DNA of 42,089 nucleotides from a virus: IMG/VR virus record IMGVR_UViG_3300045988_068238; one strand, 5' to 3'. Shown piece by piece: positions 40,760 to 42,089 of this stretch (position 1 is its first letter; each line of letters starts with the position of its first letter). The notes under the pieces were generated by a model. It saw only the letters and a program-made list of their open reading frames with translations, ran no database searches and was not told where the DNA came from. The position numbers and the translations under genes were made by a program.

Positions 40760-41755
40760 TTATCTACATAGCGCCGCGAATGTATTGCATCCGGCAATGC
40801 CGTCAGCAGTCAAACCGTAGGCGCGCTGGAACGATTTCAGCGCCGCCAGCGTGCCAGCGCCAAAGATTCCATCCACATAAGCCGTTTTGTGGCCGTGGCA
40901 GACAAGGAAGCCCTGAAGCACTTTCACAAGTTCGCCAGTGCTGCCATTCCGCAGATTGTTTCGGCGTACTGCTGCGTTTGTATTCGGGCCATAGATGCCA
41001 TCAGTAGCAACGCCAAGCCCATGCTGAAGCGCCTTGGTCAGCGCCGCTTTTGTGCGACTGCCGTACAGGCCATCAAGGGTAAGGCCACCGGAATAGTTGC
41101 GGTTAAGCCAAAGCTGTACTTCTCGCACGGTGTCAATCTTGCCGTCTGTGGTAGAAGGTGTGGACGGCTGGACGGGCTTTACAGGTTCAACAGCGCCGTT
41201 AAGCGCTGCTTTCACATCCGCGCGGAAGGTGTCCATGCTTTTTCCGTGCTTCGGGAACCAGTGCATGACATCCGCGTGGTTTGTCGCGATGCCAAGCCTG
41301 TAACCTTCGCTGTGGCAAATGATGTTCTTTTCCGTAAGACCGAACTTCTTGCAAAGGTACACGCACAGATCAACCGCTTCCTGATAGACCTTGCCAAAGT
41401 AATCCGCATCGTTCAGGCCATCTTCACAGATTTCAAAGCTGATGTGTGTGTTGTTTGCCGCGCCGCCAGCGTGCCAGCCGCGATAATCCCACGGCAATGT
41501 CTGATAGGTTGCAATGCTGCCGTCCTTCAGCTTGCCAATAAAGGCGTGGACACAGACGGCGCTTCCACCGGGATATTTGGTATTGTAGCTGTTGCCGTTC
41601 GGGTTTACGCCAAGCAGACCATCGTCAGGCTGCACATAGCGCCGCAGATTCGGGTTGTTTGCGCCCGTGCTGTGTACCATGATGCCCTTGACTGCAATCC
41701 GCTGTCCGGCCTTGTAACAGGCGTTATTTGTGGCAAGGCATTCATGCAGATTCAT
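40760..41755 (-). CDS. Endolysin: N-acetylmuramoyl-L-alanine amidase (Amidase_2/PGRP) plus PG_binding_1 repeats
   Basis: IMVHSTGANNP...WHAGGAANNTHISFEICE is the amidase domain. The C-terminus carries LDGLYGSRTKAAL, TDGIYGPNTNAAV and VDGIFGAGTLAALKSFQ...ADGIAG repeats. Start ATG 41755. Confidence 0.9.
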   Translation of the reverse strand: MNLHECLATNNACYKAGQRIAVKGIMVHSTGANNPNLRRYVQPDDGLLGVNPNGNSYNTKYPGGSAVCVHAFIGKLKDGSIATYQTLPWDYRGWHAGGAANNTHISFEICEDGLNDADYFGKVYQEAVDLCVYLCKKFGLTEKNIICHSEGYRLGIATNHADVMHWFPKHGKSMDTFRADVKAALNGAVEPVKPVQPSTPSTTDGKIDTVREVQLWLNRNYSGGLTLDGLYGSRTKAALTKALQHGLGVATDGIYGPNTNAAVRRNNLRNGSTGELVKVLQGFLVCHGHKTAYVDGIFGAGTLAALKSFQRAYGLTADGIAGCNTFAALCR

Positions 41756-41963
41756 CAGTTTCACCTTCCTTGCATTCCGGCAGACCGGCAAGCGAAGTCA
41801 GGATTGACAGAATGCCAGCCAGAAGCGAAGCGCCACCCACCATCATCCAATCAACCTGACTGAATACGGCAGACGTGCCGATAGTTGCAACCGCCGTCTG
41901 CGCAACAGTCTTGACCGCGCGAACAGCAGCGGCCTTAATCCATGTTTTCCAACATCTTTTCAT
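41742..41963 (-). CDS. Holin (r1t/LL-H-like, 73 aa)
   Basis: Start moved to ATG 41963 (GAAAGGTGG RBS). AAVRAVKTVAQTAVATIGT...VDWMMVGGASLLAGILSILTSLAGLPE is typical. Overlaps the endolysin start by 14 nt. Confidence 0.8.
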   Translation of the reverse strand: MKRCWKTWIKAAAVRAVKTVAQTAVATIGTSAVFSQVDWMMVGGASLLAGILSILTSLAGLPECKEGETDESA

Positions 41964-42000
41964 GGTTTGTTCCACCTTTCTTAATTTGCTTTTTGGTATG

Positions 42001-42089
42001 AAAAAAGGGCTTGCATAATTGCAAACCCTTGATACCACTATGTTTTTTAACTTGCTTGTAACTTGCGAACGCACGATAAACGCACAAAA
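42001..42089. repeat. Terminal direct repeat, copy B (exact 89 bp)
   Basis: Identical to 1-89. Consistent with the overlap of a circular or circularly permuted assembly. Confidence 0.97.

Larger units (their letters stand above)
1..42000. mobile_element. Complete temperate siphovirus-like phage genome (one 42,000-bp circular unit)
   Basis: Full lysogeny, replication/recombination, packaging, head, tail and lysis gene sets are present. Bases 1-89 are identical to 42001-42089. Confidence 0.85.

Noticed and set aside
23844-41863. Many long plus-strand ORFs across the structural region (for example 25726-26817, 33978-35147, 38771-40000, 40889-41863)
   Set aside because: They are antisense shadows of well-supported minus-strand genes. 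They have odd composition (Cys/Arg/Leu-rich), lack RBSs and recognisable motifs, and would overlap real genes completely.
1-42089. tRNA, rRNA, transposase or IS elements
   Set aside because: Intergenic spaces are few and short, and those examined contain only hairpins or promoters. No cloverleaf-like segment or transposase-like ORF was seen by eye, though a tRNAscan run would be definitive.

Overview
The window is one complete, circularly closed genome of a temperate siphovirus-type phage. The unit is 42,000 bp, and bases 1-89 repeat exactly at 42001-42089. The host is probably Gram-positive (Bacillota/Clostridia-like), an inference from GGAGG-type RBSs, an amidase plus PG-binding endolysin, a large serine integrase and SPP1-like head genes. 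Nearly all genes lie on the minus strand and are tightly packed, many with ATGA/TAATG overlaps.

Early operon (minus strand, from about 18.1 kb downward): it starts at a TTGACA-17-TATAGT promoter set among GTGTC-N7-GACAC operators. It encodes small ORFs, a Lar-like restriction-alleviation protein, HTH proteins and a radical-SAM protein. These are followed by YqaJ exonuclease, DUF1351, RecT, SSB and RusA, then MazG, a divergent ThyX-like protein, DUF3310, a replisome organizer with a G39P-like loader, several tiny coupled ORFs and a sigma-like late regulator.

Late operon: after a terminator and a repeat-bearing promoter come TerS, TerL, portal, a MuF(SPP1 gp7)-ADP-ribosyltransferase-like fusion, a small Cys ORF and an ADP-ribosylglycohydrolase. 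Across the circle junction follow holin, endolysin, scaffold, major capsid, connector genes, major tail protein and G/G-T chaperones with a T_TTT_TTC slippery site. The operon ends with two tape-measure genes, two successive Dit/Tal/fibre modules and a membrane coiled-coil protein.

Plus strand: a lysogeny module (CI-like XRE repressor, second XRE protein, membrane-anchored HTH protein, large serine integrase, candidate attP palindrome) and a small moron island (SHOCT-like peptide, RHH regulator with operator array, a 47-aa paralogue of the RHH tail, a zinc-ribbon protein).

No rRNA, tRNA, CRISPR array, transposase or reverse transcriptase was seen.

Most notable observations:
- the virion-type MuF-ART toxin with a downstream ARH
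- an in-frame TGA inside a translationally coupled small gene
- duplicated TMP plus tail-tip modules, with a GC-rich fibre block and a collar-domain remnant at the junction
- a frame-split Tal gene
- a radical-SAM / ThyX-like / MazG set
- a lysis cassette displaced into the head module

All family calls come from motif recognition by eye. No searches were run.
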